A DNA stretch of 64,000 nucleotides, from contig NW_019029001.1 in NCBI RefSeq assembly GCF_002105155.1, positions 62,001 through 126,000 on the forward strand, given 5' to 3'. The stretch is from Lobosporangium transversale. Its lineage: Eukaryota. A program made the translations under genes and the position numbers. Positions 47,442-61,314 of this stretch are shown piece by piece; the stretch's first letter is position 1; the number at the start of each line of letters is the position of its first letter. A model generated the notes under the pieces. That model did not search any database. It saw only the letters and a list, made by a program, of their open reading frames with translations, and had not been told where the DNA came from.

Positions 47442-48938
47442 ATGGCTTCTCAAACCAACAAGTCTACTCAAATCGTCGTGATTGGAGGATCATACGGTGG
47501 CATTGCCTGTATCAAGCAGCTGCTACATAGTCTCCCTAAGGATGCAGATGCAGCCATCACACTAATTGAAAGGTTTTTTTTATGGCTATGGCTATTGCTT
47601 TAATTTAGTATTAAATCAGACATTACATAGTTTATGCATAAGCATACAACTAACGCCTGTTTTAATGGATTATATTTTTCTTAGTCGCGATAAAAGGTTC
47701 CATTGCATTGCATCCTACCGTGCATTGGTCCAGAAGGATTTTGCCAAAAATCTCTGGATCCCATACACCAATCTTTTCTCTAAGGATTCCGCCCATAGAG
47801 TGGTCCGTGGCACAGTCAAGAACATATTCTATGATCATGTTATCCTTGATGCTGGTGAACAATCTTCGTCCGATATCACTCTATCCACTTATCACCCTGA
47901 AACTGATCCTCAGAGAATCAACTTTGACTATCTTGTGATCGCTACAGGATCTCAAGTCCCGGCGCCTGCTAAGTGGGATGTCGATAATTCTGCAGATGGA
48001 CTTAAACTCTTGGACCAAGCCCGTGAAGATCTTGAGGCATCTGAGCGAATTGTCATCATTGGTGGTGGAGCATGTGGATGCGAAGAGGTAAACAGAAATT
48101 CTAACCGGTTTGCTAGCCATGACAAATATTTTCATATTTGCTATTAACGATGTATTGTCTTACTCAATAGGCCGGCGAAATCAAATATCGCTATCCAAAA
48201 AAAAGCGTAACAGTGATTCATGAAGGACCAGCATTGGTCGACTATCCGGGATATCCTCAAAGCTTCAAGGATGAAGCGCGTCGCTTCTTAGAAAATCAAG
48301 GGGTTGAGGTGATTTTAAATGAGCGTGTAGAAATCGAGGGCCTATCGCGAGAGAATGGTATTCAAAAAGCCGATAGGACTATCAAACTCAAGCACTCTGG
48401 CAGGACTATTCAAAGCGACATGCAGTTCTTTTCGACTGGCATGAGCGTTGACACTCAGCTCCTTTCTACTCTTCTTCCGTTTCCAGCGGTTTCGAGTGAC
48501 AAAAATAAAGATGCGTTTGATTTCAAGTCTCTGCTTGACCCAAAGACAAAGGCGATTCTAGTCAAATCAACACTGCAGCTCGACAACGACGCCTTTCAAC
48601 ACATCTTTGCGATCGGTGACGTGTCTAAAGCGGATCCTGTGCTTACAGCGCAAGCGGCCGTCTCGGCTGGCGAAACGGCTGCCTGCAACATTGTCAAATT
48701 AATCCAAAATGCCAAGAGCAAACATGAAGCTAAAGACTCTCTTTGTCACTCCAGCTACAAACTCGAGAAGTATCAGCATACTCGGCCTTTGATGGTCTTG
48801 GCAATGAATCCCAAAGGGGGAGTGACTCACTTGCCAGTCCTCGGGACCTGGTTTGGTAATCTAGGCGCATGGCTTGTAAAGTCAAATGATCTGTTCTCTG
48901 GCCGCTTCTGGCATGAGATGAACATGCATCGGCCGTAA
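47442..48938 (+). CDS. FAD/NAD(P)H oxidoreductase, AIF2/AMID/FSP1-like (3 exons)
   Basis: Motifs IVVIGGSYGG, FDYLVIATGS, IVIIGGGACGCE..AGEIK and HIFAIGDV. Confidence 0.88.
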
Positions 48939-49158
48939 GCATTATAAAACATCATATAGCACCTCGCAATTACCGCCACTTGTAGATACATCCAGTTCTG
49001 CTCTTAATACAAACTAGCCCATTGCTTTTCCACATAAACAATAAGATGTGCAGCATGCATACACTCCAATAAGGCTCTTGCTTTCATTTCTGTTTTATTG
49101 ACCTGAAATAACGTCTTCTTTTACAGAGCACATAGATTCATCCCTATTTAACCGGATT

Positions 49159-49593
49159 TTAGTCCTATCAAATGCATGACATAAAATAGCAATCAGTATC
49201 AACGGGAATACATGGAGAGGACTGGTTGATTATAAATAACAAGATGTAATCATTGCGATAACTTTTGGTGTACCTGGCGAGTCCTGAGAGTGCGCGTGAT
49301 GATCTTGTCGGGCGTGCTATAGAATGTGCTTAGGCATGTTAGGTACGAACAATGCAATAAATTGAGGATTGGAGCTAGAAATTGATGACAAGACTTACAT
49401 GACAGTAACTTCTGCTCCCCAACCGCTCAAACAATCGCGGTCGACGGCATTCATTAGCGATTGCGAGATGGTCTCAAACAATTCCTCAGGTTCCTGTTAG
49501 TACGAGAAAAAAAAAAAAAAAGGATTACTTTTTTCGCTTGATCGAGTAATTAAAGGTGGAGTTCAATAGGCCAATCGAACTATGAGGAGAATC

Positions 49594-49635
<42 letters not shown>

Positions 49636-49849
49636 TCATACCAGATCAGGTTCCCAAAGTGATTCGCACATTCCAAAGAGTTGATTCGAAGTAGTTCCCG
49701 AGACAACAAAGTCCTTTGCAAAGTTGATACATCCAATTAAATCTGTCGAGCAGATAAATGGTCTGTTCTCCTTATCCAATCCTGCAATTACAGGCTCCAC
49801 AAACCAAGGTCCGAATCTAAATGATGCCAAAATGTGAATAAATAAACCA

Positions 49850-49885
<36 letters not shown>

Positions 49886-50141
49886 GACGAGTTGGAAGGA
49901 CAAGCCCATTAAAATCCTAAAAGAATGCGTGTGATATCCCTGTTCCATACCGTCGCTCATAGAGGGTGGAAGAGACGAGATGAGCCAAGGTTTTGGGCTC
50001 GATCTCACGCTCTTCCCTAAGTTTGTACATGTTGACCTTGAAGCGGAACTTTTCTGCTCTAAAGAACAAAGATGATTAAAATGTCGATACGATCACGAAG
50101 GGTTAAAATACTCTCCAACAATTCGAGTTCTAAGGCCTGTG

Positions 50142-50172
<31 letters not shown>

Positions 50173-50482
50173 GCGTACAAAGTCTGAACATCCGTGGCTA
50201 GGCCAGGAAGGCCGATATATGTCTTTGGAGTCACCTGAAAAGTCTTTTTGAATTCAGTCGAGATGGTCATAGCTTGCACACCGAGACGCTTGTCACAGGC
50301 AATGGCCACGCAGTTCTTGCCTACCATGGCCACAACCGCACCTCCGTTATACTCCATAATCGACTAGCAAGACGAAGCCGTAGTTCATCACATTGTATAC
50401 AAATGTCAGTTAGAGAAAAAGAAACTTCAATTCCAGGTCCAAGTTGGTTTCCATTTAGCAAAAGACTGTCTGTATTTACCAT
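49159..50482 (-). CDS. PUP3: 20S proteasome subunit beta type-3 (Pup3/PSMB3; multi-exon)
   Basis: [61 protein letters not shown] and [15 protein letters not shown]. The first coding exon is only ATG and the last is GACTAA. Confidence 0.95.
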
Positions 50483-50856
50483 GGTGAAAATAGATGTTTT
50501 ACTAGGAAAAATAAGAGTGAGGATGTTAAGAATGTTGAACGCTAATCGGGATAGTGAATGTGAAATAGACCTGAACTTGAGACGGATAAAAAGAGAGAAA
50601 GCAGGGTTTGAATGTGTTATGTTTGAATGCGTGCCGCGTCAGGACTATTAATGTACACCTGTTCTGCAACACGCGTTCAATGCGTGTCTTTCTGTTGCGG
50701 GACACGTAACATGGTAGTAAATGGCATCGCATGAGTATCGCACGTGTGGCTTGTAATGCTTCAAGAAGGTTCTTGTGTAGTCAAAGAATTCTTTCATCCT
50801 GCAAAAACGCAGCTAAACCATTAACCCTCTTATTCCTTTATCCACATCACATCATC

Positions 50857-53026
50857 ATGGAGGGCATGAACGCAGTCTACGCTCAGGATGAGTATGGTCG
50901 TCCATTCATCATTCTTCGTGAACAACAAAAGAAGTCCCGACTTAGCGGCATTGAGGCTCAAAAGGTATTATACCTAAATATATAAATAAATCTTTTTTCA
51001 ATTTCCGTGATCTCCATCCTCTCTTTTAGGATGTTTAGTGGAGGATAGTGACTCTTACCCAACGTACCATGCAGTTTCATCGGGATGTTCATGAATGTGG
51101 ATGAAGTGCTATTGCACCTGTTTACTTGTATCACAAATGCTAGATCAGAGAGATTTTAGATTGCTAAAAAAGAACAACCGACAATCCTCATCCATTCAAC
51201 TTTAGTCTCACATTCTTGCTGCCAAAACTATTGCCAACATCATCAAGACGTCGCTCGGGCCTCGTGGTATGTTTTTTACTTCAATATCACAGAGCATCAT
51301 CACGTCCTAGTAACGTCTGATTGTAACATTAATATTGTTTTTTTCTTTATAATTTCTAAAAGGCCTTGACAAGATCCTGATCTCGCCTGATGGTGATATC
51401 ACCATCACTAATGATGGAGCCACTATTTTGGACCAGATGGATGTCCAGCATCAGATCGGAAAGCTTCTTGTTCAGCTGTCAAAGTCGCAGGATGATGAGA
51501 TCGGTGATGGCACTACGGGTGTTGTTGGTATGTCGAAATAACTTTGTATCTTTCCTTGCATTTCATCTAGAATCAACAGAAACTCATATAGCACTGTTAC
51601 CCTTATTGGTCAACCTAGTTATGGCCGGTGCATTGTTGGAACAGGCTGAGCACTTGCTTGATCGCGGTATTCATCCTATTCGTATCTCTGATGGGTTTGA
51701 GCGCGCATGCAATATTGCTGTTGCACATCTGGACAAGATTTCAGATACTGTTGAATTCTCGAGAGAAAACACAGAGAACCTTTACAAGACTGCAAAGACC
51801 AGTTTAGGAAGTAAAATGTAAGACATCAATAGCATAATTGCCAATACTTCTTTCCATCATACTTCGATTACTACCCTGTGTAGCCCGCCTTTTCAACCCC
51901 CTTTTTTTTTTTTTTTTTTTTTTCCTATTTCGTTAGTGTTTCCAAATGCCACGATCAGTATGCTAAGATTGCAGTAGAGGCTGTTCTTCAAGTCGCGGAT
52001 TTGGAGCGCAAGGATGTTGACTTTGAGCTGATCAAAGTGGATGGTAAAGTAGGAGGTTCACTGGCAGACACGGTTTTGGTCAAGGGAGTTGTCATTGATA
52101 AGGACTTTTCTCATCCTCAAATGCCACGCGAGGTAAAGGATGCCAAAATCGCCATCCTCACTTGCGCCTTTGAGCCACCAAAGCCCAAAACCAAGCATAA
52201 ATTGGATATCACATCCGTGGAAGAATACAAGAAACTCCAGACGTACGAAAAAGAGAAATTTGAGACGATGATCAAGCAAGTCAAGGACACAGGCGCTAAC
52301 CTTGTCATTTGCCAATGGGGATTCGACGATGAAGCCAACCACTTGTTGATGCAAAATCAACTCCCTAGTGTTCGTTGGGTCGGAGGCCCCGAGATCGAGT
52401 TGATTGCTATTGCCACCAATGGACGTATTGTTCCTCGCTTCGAAGATCTTTCAGCCTCCAAGCTCGGACAGGCCGGAAGTATTCGCGAGCTCACTTTTGG
52501 GACAACCAAGGACCGTATGCTTGTCATCGAAGAATGCGCCAACACCCGTGCTGTCACGGTTTTTGTTCGTGGAGGAAACAAGATGATCATTGATGAGGCT
52601 AAGCGCTCACTTCATGATGCCATCTGTGTTGTTCGCAATCTGGTTAGAGACAATCGTGTAGTCTATGGTGGTGGTGCAGCCGAGATTGCATGTTCGCTGG
52701 CTGTGTCCAAGGCCGCAGATGAAGTATCAAGCGTGCACCAGTATGCTATGCGTGCATTTGCAGAGGCTCTCGAGGCTGTCCCCTTAGCTCTTGCTGAGAA
52801 TTCCGGTCTTCCTCCAATTGAGACCTTGGCAGAAGTCAAGTCGCGCCAGGTGACAGAGAACAATAGCCGGCTCGGAGTTGACTGCCTGTATAAGGGCACA
52901 AATGACATGAAAGAGCAGTTTGTGTACGACCCCTTGATTTCGAAGAGGCAACAGATTTTGCTTGCCACACAGCTTGTCAAACATATTCTCAAGATCGACG
53001 ACCTTATCACTAGTCATGTAGAATAG
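50857..53026 (+). CDS. CCT5: T-complex protein 1 subunit epsilon (multi-exon)
   Basis: Motifs [44 protein letters not shown] and [14 protein letters not shown]. Confidence 0.97.
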
Positions 53027-53244
53027 AAATCCACTTGTTAACGCATAGAAGCAAGTCTGTCTTCCAGAAACAAAAAAAAAATCACGTGCATTTCGAGTTT
53101 ACCTGATTTCTTCATTTGGCCTAACATCTAGGCATCAAAGTAGCAGGGCGAATCTGTAGACCTTTTTCCTACTCTAAGACGCTTTTGCCTTTGTAAAGCC
53201 ATGTCTTGTTTGTGACGACTGTGAGTCTTCTGACCAAAGAGATG

Positions 53245-53273
<29 letters not shown>

Positions 53274-53276
<3 letters not shown>

Positions 53277-56200
53277 ACAGCTTTTAATGCCACAACCACC
53301 ACCTCTTCAATATCTCCAACGCATCATCTCGCTTCACCGGACAATATCCGTGCCGTCTTCTTTACAAATCTCATCCTGCTTGGTGTAAAAGATTATTCAA
53401 CACAATCAAGTAAAGAAAGTACACAACAGAAAGCAGCACATGACCTATCCAGATCAAGCTTTGTCCCAACTGAGCAGTTTATTCTTATTGATTTACATGG
53501 ATTTGGAGCCAACACATCAAAGCCATTAGAACTTCACAAACATGTTTTCGCGAAAGGTCATCAATCCACCAAGGCATTGGAGTTTGTCCTCTGGTTTTTG
53601 TTCACACGATTGAACAAAAATCTGGCTTGTGAAAGATTCAAGGAATGCTGGCCCATCATGGATCGGCACGATGCACGAGAATTTAGGAATGTAGCATTCA
53701 AATGGTTAGAAGAATTAAGGAAGGAAGGGAGCTTCGGGATCGGACACAATATGGATCCGATCAATCCATCATTGGAGTCTGGGCAAACAACAGCAAAGAC
53801 AACAATAACAGGGTTAGGCGTGTTCTTATCAACAATCCGTAGAAGTTACTTGGATGAGTCTATTGGTGTGAGGATAGAGCAATTGATTCTGATACTATCT
53901 ACTTACATCTTGGCGCATGTTGTATCGCAAGAGATGAATTGGAAAGCACATCCACAGCCATCATCTCTTATCGAATCATCATCGGAATTCTCATTGGAAA
54001 ACGAGAGAGTGATGCATAGTCTTGTCAGCGCTGCTCCGGAACATGCTAGGGATGAAGACAAGCTTTTTGCTATGGTTAATTCACATATCTTGAAATATTC
54101 TCAATTCTTTGTTCAAAACATGCAACTACAACGGAAAATTCGTCAGAAGTGGAGCTCCATGAGTACTGAGATAACTAATAGAATTCATGTTATGAATGAG
54201 GAATTGGTATGTATACTCATGGCTTAGTGGCAAAAAAAAAAAAAACAAGCTAATGATGCCTGAACGATCATTTGAAATTTTTAGGCCAAAGTTGAGGCAG
54301 AACGTCATACGTTTTTGGCATACCAACCACAATTTACACAACGGACGGAAGCTTTATCGTTACAAGAGCTGCAGATCTTGGAGGATCGTTGGATCGAGAA
54401 GATCAATGCTCAGTGGAAGCCGATTCTAGGCTTTGTGGAGCGTCATACGGATCGCAAAGAAGTCTTACAATCCTTAATGAATGCCAAATCAGGGGAAGGA
54501 ACCTCAGTATTAAGTGCAGAAGCGATCAGGCCGGATTTGCCGTTGACATTCATGCATCTTGGTGAAGGTGGATACATAGAGGTGCGCGAAAGATATATAG
54601 ATTGGGCACAGTTGACTTCATCATGTTGGTCAATATCAGCATCCAGTACTCACTCCTTTTAATTATCTTTGGTAGGCTTCATCAACCCGTGGAGTTGACC
54701 CAATGTCGATCCTCAAAGCTTGGAAGCGCTCATTACAAGTTCTTAATAATAGCGGTGCTAAATATGTTTCTGGTAGTGACAATACAACTGTCCAGTACAC
54801 GCGACTGCTGCAATCATTGTCGGAGGAGCACAGCGAGCAGCTTAAATGTATCCGAGCGCTTAAAAAACAGCTTAATACACGACTGGAAAACTCTAATAGG
54901 AAACTGGAACAACTACAGAGGTAAACTAATAGCACGAAGGCGTTGAGTACATGATACTTGCTGGGTGATAATAGCTTTTACCAAGAGCGTGTGTACTAAC
55001 ACCGACCCTTGTAATCTAGGGAGCATACCGCTAAAAAGCAGCCCTATAATCGTTTACTGTCAACCATCCATATTGATGCAGAAAGCAGTGAAACAGAGTT
55101 TAGAACGTTGTTCCCATCCGCCACAGAAATTCGTCAAGAGGCAGCTCTTAGCTCCAATCAGGTTTTGTCAATACTTGAGCCTCCGGTGTTGGGTTTATCG
55201 GACTCTTTAGCCCGCGTACATCGTATAAGGACACATGTTCATGGATCAGCACACCAGAATCAAAAGTCATCGGATCCGGAAATGAGACTCTGCGACGCAA
55301 TTAAGCATAGCTCAAGCAATATATTGCTACTGAATGCATCCTCTTCAGTCCAGCCGCCAGCTTCAATTCATTGCCAACTACCAACGATTAGCAGATTAAA
55401 ATTAGCCTCCTCAAAGCCTGCACCGATCAAGCTTCTAGACCCAAGAATAGGGAGAACTAAGACTGGTTTGACGGATTTCATTTTGACAAGGAAGCAAGCA
55501 ATAACCGAGTCGATGGCAGCAACGTCAGCATCAGTAGAACCCTCTCTAGATGTGGTGACCGAAAGCAGGTCTCCAATATACACAGCAATGGCGAAAGAGC
55601 CAGCATTCAAAGACGTTATAACCTCTCCTCAGTCATCAGCTCCCATGCAGACAAGATCTATCTTCCAGGAACGCCTTGGTGTGTCTAGAAAGAGGAGACA
55701 GTCCTCAGAGACAGAGCCAGAGCAGGGAAGTCTATTACAGTTCTCAACGCGTATGCCTGTTTTGGAGGTTGGAATTGAAGGTGGTATCGATCAACAAAAG
55801 GAGCTCTTCAGTATTTTTGGGACTGATTCAGGTGGAGTCCCAGTAACACCTTCAAAAAAGCCTAGGATATCAATGCTAGAGCGCCCATTGTTGGCAGGGC
55901 AACCACCGCCTGCGTTTGAATTGGGATTGTCTACCAAGGGAAACAATCAACCAAGCATTTTAGAGCTCACTTCAATTGAGCCACCCAAAAAGCCAGTCTA
56001 TTTCCCCAATCTGACTCTGGATGATTTGCGTGCTCCTACACCAAAGCCAACCAAAACCAAGGATGCTACTTCGGAAACAACTATGCCTATTATGTTTCTG
56101 CATACACCTGAGCGTAGGCAACTCTTTCAGAGACAAGTCGGTCCGCCATCCAAGCTAGAGCTCCCTTTCTCTGCTTTAACGCCACTGTCCACATCAGATT

Positions 56201-57699
56201 CCACGCAAAGTCGTGTGATCACTTCACCTGTTAATGCACTTTCTCGGTCTCCGTTATCGTCTTCTATTTTTTCTCGCTTCAAGGCAGGGAGCAGCTTACC
56301 ATCGAGCAAAAGCTGGTCTCAGCCAAAAGACACCTTAAATGCCGTACATCCCAATCAATTAGTGGATGAGTCATCACCATTTCAAGTGATTACACCATCG
56401 CTTGAATGTTCCATCTCTCTTGGCAAGCCTACATTGGGCAAGGGGTCTTCAGGGACTATGGCATTGTCCTCAGTGTCCAAGGATTTGATGACGGAGGATT
56501 CTGACTTTCATTATAGAATTTGCAGCAAGGACCCTTGGCAGTTGAATTCCTCAACAAATGATGGCAATAACTCTTGTCTTCCTTCTGGATCACTGATCAA
56601 GGATAGTTTGAATCCAAAAGTCGACGTTGTAACTTTTGAGAATAAACAAAATGGGATAACAACGTTGAAAAAAACACCACAGAGAACAGCCTTAACTACG
56701 ACAACTGTTGATCTAAAGGCCGGTATAAACCCATGGGGCCGTCCGCCATCCTGGAAACCAAAATCACCCAAGATGGTTGACATGGAAAGGAGACGGGAGG
56801 CTGATCGGTCAAGTCGACTGGCGACTAGAGCTATGAGACCAATGCCATCGCTAGAACCGCTCTCGAAATCAATGCTGGGCTCGCTTAAGGTCTCGGTTTA
56901 CGGCCGATCCAGAGCCTATGCTTCATCACCATCGCCTACTTTTTTCTCGTCAACGTCATCACAGTCATCAAAATCGTACTCTTCGGTCTCAAATATCCGT
57001 GAAGCTAACGGATCAATGACTACCGTAGACGGAAGTCCCATGCTTGGGAAATACGAAATCAATAATAATGATACTCGAGGATTTAGTCCGCCGCCTGTTT
57101 CACCCATACATACAAATCATTCAGAACCCACGTTCTTTTCCGAGTCTTTAGCCTCAACAGGCAAACATAAGGACGTGCTAACAGAGTCACTTTTCAAGGC
57201 TCCAGCGCAATCCGCTACAATAGGGAAATTAATGAGTACTGACGCTGTTCCAATGTCAAGAAGCTTCATACTTCAGTCTGCAATGATATCTACGCCGACC
57301 ACGTCAAAGGGCAGTCAATACCTGGCCCAACAACTCTTTCAACAAGGACAGAGACAGGTGAACAGGGACCAGTTCATCTTAGGCGACGAGTCTCTCACAT
57401 ACGGCAAAATAGAAGAGAATACAGTATTGAGCCATACTTTGGGCCGAACCTTTAATGGAAACGATACCCAAACTGAAGATAGTTATGATGATAATCAGGA
57501 TCGAAAAAGTCTCCATAACACGACGGCCTTGACTACCAGACTTGGTTCAAACACCTCTATGTTGAATTATAGAGAAGATGACCAGAGCGAATATGAAGAT
57601 GCTGAAGTAAGCATTAGAGGATTGTTTGATGAGGACATGCCAGATAGCCTAGATCCTAATGAATCTCTTTGGGAGGAGGACACAGGGTTTGTTCCATAG
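53274..57699 (+). CDS. HAUS6: HAUS augmin-like complex subunit 6 N-terminal-domain protein with a long disordered C-terminus (about 4 exons)
   Basis: KALEFVLWFLFTRLNKNLACERFKECWPIMDRHDAREFRNVAFKWLEELRK..IRRSYLDESIGVRIEQLILILS matches the HAUS6_N pattern. Confidence 0.8.
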
Positions 57700-59094
57700 A
57701 TATGTCTCAAGGAATATCGATTAAATTCAGCTGAAGCTTTATTTCTATTATTTATTTATTTTTCCAGAGTAAATTTACCGTCTCAGAACCTACAACCCTG
57801 TCATAGTTTCTCCTTATCGCCAGTAAATACGATTCTGTTACTGTGCATTGGGTTTATGTGGAAGACTCGTACTAAGTAACTGACGCAATAGTAATTAAGT
57901 GTAGTACGAAAGGATCCGTTCATTTAGATCGTTGGAATTACGGCCTACCTAAATAAGGTTTTTGTAAAGCACGAATATATCAGAGGATTCGCAGTCCCCA
58001 AAGGTGAAGCTTTATCTGCATTAAAAGATCATGGTCGAGTTAGAGTAGATATTAAGTGGCCTCTCTAAACCTTCTAAGCGAATCATAAAAGAGAGTACGT
58101 TTAATAACGCCCTGAATGCTATGTTGTGTGCTACTTTGACCAATTGGCTCGATTTATTAGACGCACTCGTTTCATCTATTTATTTGTTAGTCAAGACTTT
58201 CAACGTACGGATATCTAAGTAAGGAGCCAGATAAGGAAAGGGGTCGGATAATGCACCGGACTACGGCCGCCAAAGTAACAGGATGTGCTGAGTCAAGCGG
58301 TGTCGGACGTGAAAGAGATTCGTTTAATGTAGGCTGGGCAACAAGACAACGAGCCACAAGACCGGAGCTTCGGCTCTTGCGTTGTTAGGAAATTTAATGC
58401 TTTGCCTGGTTGAAAGTTTTATAATTTCAAATCGGGACAGGGGTAGTGAATACATGGACAGAATTGACTCGGTTTGTAGGAACCAGAAGATCATTAATCC
58501 TTGTCAAGCAACAGAAAATAATCTTTTTTGTTATCAGAAAATATATTCAAATGTCATTCTTTGCTTTAACAGCTCTTGTACATTCGTTGGCTCACAGATC
58601 CCGGCATCAGTGGGGGACAAAGGAGGGACACTATTGGTTGTATTTATTGCTTGGAGTGAAAGCTATTCAATCACCTTCTTGCTGGGCGGTGCCTTGTGGA
58701 TAGACGGGAGAGAGGTGAATTGGTAGTCAACACCAATCTATCAAACATATGCATACAGAATTACAACATGGCAAAGACCATTGGGCAGCTACAGTTTTTT
58801 GGAGTGTATGCACGCAAACATTTCAAGAATCAGTCTTGCTCAGATTAAGAACCAAGAGAGGCCCGCGAAGCACAGGGGTCGCCCTGCAAAGCATAACCTT
58901 TCTTAACATGTGACTTATGGAGAAATGGCACCGAAGGGAAATGACCGTTTTTCATTTTTTTCTTCGCCTAAACCGTGGCTGCGAATGAAGAAAAAATAGC
59001 TCCGAAAGTGGATCCGATGAACAAATCTCTCTTTTCTCGTTCCTCATTGACACATTCTATTGATCCCTAATTCTGACCTAGTTTTTATAACAAA

Positions 59095-59805
59095 ATGTCG
59101 CCCCCTACTCCTGCCTCCCCTAGTGTAACAAAGACAACACGCCCAGATCATCTCGTACTGCGTTTGATGACAGAGAAGGACAAGGAGGAAGTCTCATCAC
59201 TGTTTATTGAAACCTTTAAGCGTGAACCTTTGGGGGCAAATAAGGGCGTGAGACAAAGTGAAGGTGACGCCATAGCAGCAGCCTCTGTTGAAAATCCAGT
59301 ATCATTTGTAATTGAGGATACATCGCTACCAGGGCCTAATCGCTTAGTGGCCTTCCGCACCAGCTGTATTTTAACTGCAGAGAAAATTGCAGCAAAGAGA
59401 AAAAAAATTGAGAAGGAAGGGTCAGAGGATTGTGTTCAAGCAATCTTAGATCATATGCTTGAGCTTTGGTTCGCTAATACGACGGTCTTTAAGGACAACC
59501 CGAGTGCTAAAGTTATGAAGTTCATGGCCTTGGGAGTAAGCACTGGATATGAGGGATTCGGATTGGCAAAGGAACTGTTGAGCGTCGCAATGGACAATGC
59601 CAGAGAAATAGGGTGTGATGCAGTGATGGTGGTTGCATCTGCGTTTGCAACTCAGCACCTGTTCCAGAACCGTTTGGGATTTGAGGAAAAGGCCCGTGTT
59701 CGATACACGGACTTTGTATGGAAGAATAAAGACGGTGTTGAGGAACGTTCATTTGAGAAGCTGGAACAGCCAGAGTTTTTAATCGCCTTCGAAAAAAAAT
59801 TGTAG
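59095..59805 (+). CDS. GNAT-family N-acetyltransferase (insect arylalkylamine/dopamine NAT-like), intronless
   Basis: F..REPL motif, LGVSTGYEGFGLAKELL acetyl-CoA-binding loop and ASAFATQHLFQNRLGFE. Confidence 0.8.
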   Translation: MSPPTPASPSVTKTTRPDHLVLRLMTEKDKEEVSSLFIETFKREPLGANKGVRQSEGDAIAAASVENPVSFVIEDTSLPGPNRLVAFRTSCILTAEKIAAKRKKIEKEGSEDCVQAILDHMLELWFANTTVFKDNPSAKVMKFMALGVSTGYEGFGLAKELLSVAMDNAREIGCDAVMVVASAFATQHLFQNRLGFEEKARVRYTDFVWKNKDGVEERSFEKLEQPEFLIAFEKKL

Positions 59806-60213
59806 ACAACAAACAAGAATAAAAAGATCGAGCCAAATAAAAGAATATTTTTTTATTTTTCTTGGCGCACGGCAGTAGAAGTAACCGATGTTCCGTCTCT
59901 ATTTTTTTTTGGACAATCAGAAAGTACAAGAGCACTGTGCTCGGATAATTTCTCAACCGCGAAGTAATGGAAAAGAAAAACAATCAGGACGCCGCATTTC
60001 AAGGAATTTGTTGTCATCAACAAGTAAAAATTGCAGGGTGCAATCGGCGTGTTTTTATGCAATGATTAATGTGGTAGTCCTCTTTGATTGTTAGTTTGTC
60101 AGTCAATGAAATGGCTTATTTATTCATCGTATAAATACAAGCTGATCCACAATACAATACACTGTCTTTCTCTCTTCTACTTTTGCTACGAAGCCAATTC
60201 TTTGATTTTCTTA

Positions 60214-61314
60214 ATGCTCATGTCGATATCAAGCAGAATCAAGACTAAATACAGCGACATTAGGGATGTCACGCTTGTTGACTTTCTGGATGTATCGACA
60301 GAAACATCTTTCCCTTCATACGAGCTCTGGAAGTACCAGCCTACTATCATCATTGGTACAAAGATATCGAAGTTGCAATCCCAGTTACTTTTTCGAATCG
60401 GCACACATACACTATATCTGAACACGGATTTACGTCCTTATTTGGTTTGATTAGTGATCCGTCGTCCTGGATGCCAGTTCTGTAGAGAGGAGGCCAAAAT
60501 ATTCCACGAAAATCGGCAAATCATTGAGGAAAATTTGGTAAACAGATAAGAGAAGAAACACAAATATTGTTGGTGGTCAATGCTTTGTTGTACTCTACAA
60601 TACTAATACTTGTTTCATGATGACAAAATAATTAGGGCATGAAAATAGTGTGCATTGTACATGAGAAAGAAGGCTCAGATATCTTTCAAAAGGAATTCTG
60701 GCATGGAAAAGTCTATTTTGATCCTGAGAAAGGCTTCTACAAGGCATTTGGGTAAGAGAGTGATAATATGACTATCTAATCCATATTAATACTACGGTAA
60801 GCTTATAAAACTGCAACGAAAAATAATTGACAAATCACTTTAGCGGAGGTCGTATGCGCACAGGAAGCTGGGAACAGATGCTTCGACCAACATTTTGGAG
60901 GAATCTGGTGCGGAACAAGAGGTCAGGCGTTAAGGGTAACTTCGTAGGCGATGGACAGTAAGTCACTGTAAACTTATTTTGATTGATGGAAAAGCAAGTT
61001 TATATCACTTGTACAACATGTCATTGACACAACTTCCAACAACAATACAATACACTCAATTGAATAGTATACTCGGAGGGCTCTTTGTGGTGCAGAGTAA
61101 TGATGGAGGTATTGCATATGAACATATCGAGCGGGTGTGGGGCGACATCACGCACGCAGACAAGGTCCTTGAAGCCTGCAGTCGTGTCACAGGCGTGCAA
61201 TTGAGCAAAGATACGGTTTCGAAGGCACAACAGGATCATGACAAACTCTACAATAAGATGCAACAGTCGTCGTATGCTAAAGGGGATCAAGATCAAAACA
61301 AAGCCCGGGAATAA
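60214..61314 (+). CDS. Peroxiredoxin-like 2 (PRXL2/FAM213/SelU-like, AhpC-TSA_2) redoxin (about 5 exons)
   Basis: Spliced reading: ELWKYQPTIIIVIRRPGCQFCREEAK..VYFDPEKGFYKAF..GVKGNFVGDG..LGGLFVV..YEHIERVWGD. Confidence 0.85.

Noticed and set aside
58340..58385. GAGC-TTCG-GCTC tetraloop hairpin in intergenic DNA
   Set aside because: A single short hairpin is not enough to call an ncRNA.
60455..60500. SelU-family protein as a possible selenoprotein
   Set aside because: The redox motif is encoded TGC-CAG-TTC-TGT (CxxC), with no in-frame TGA.
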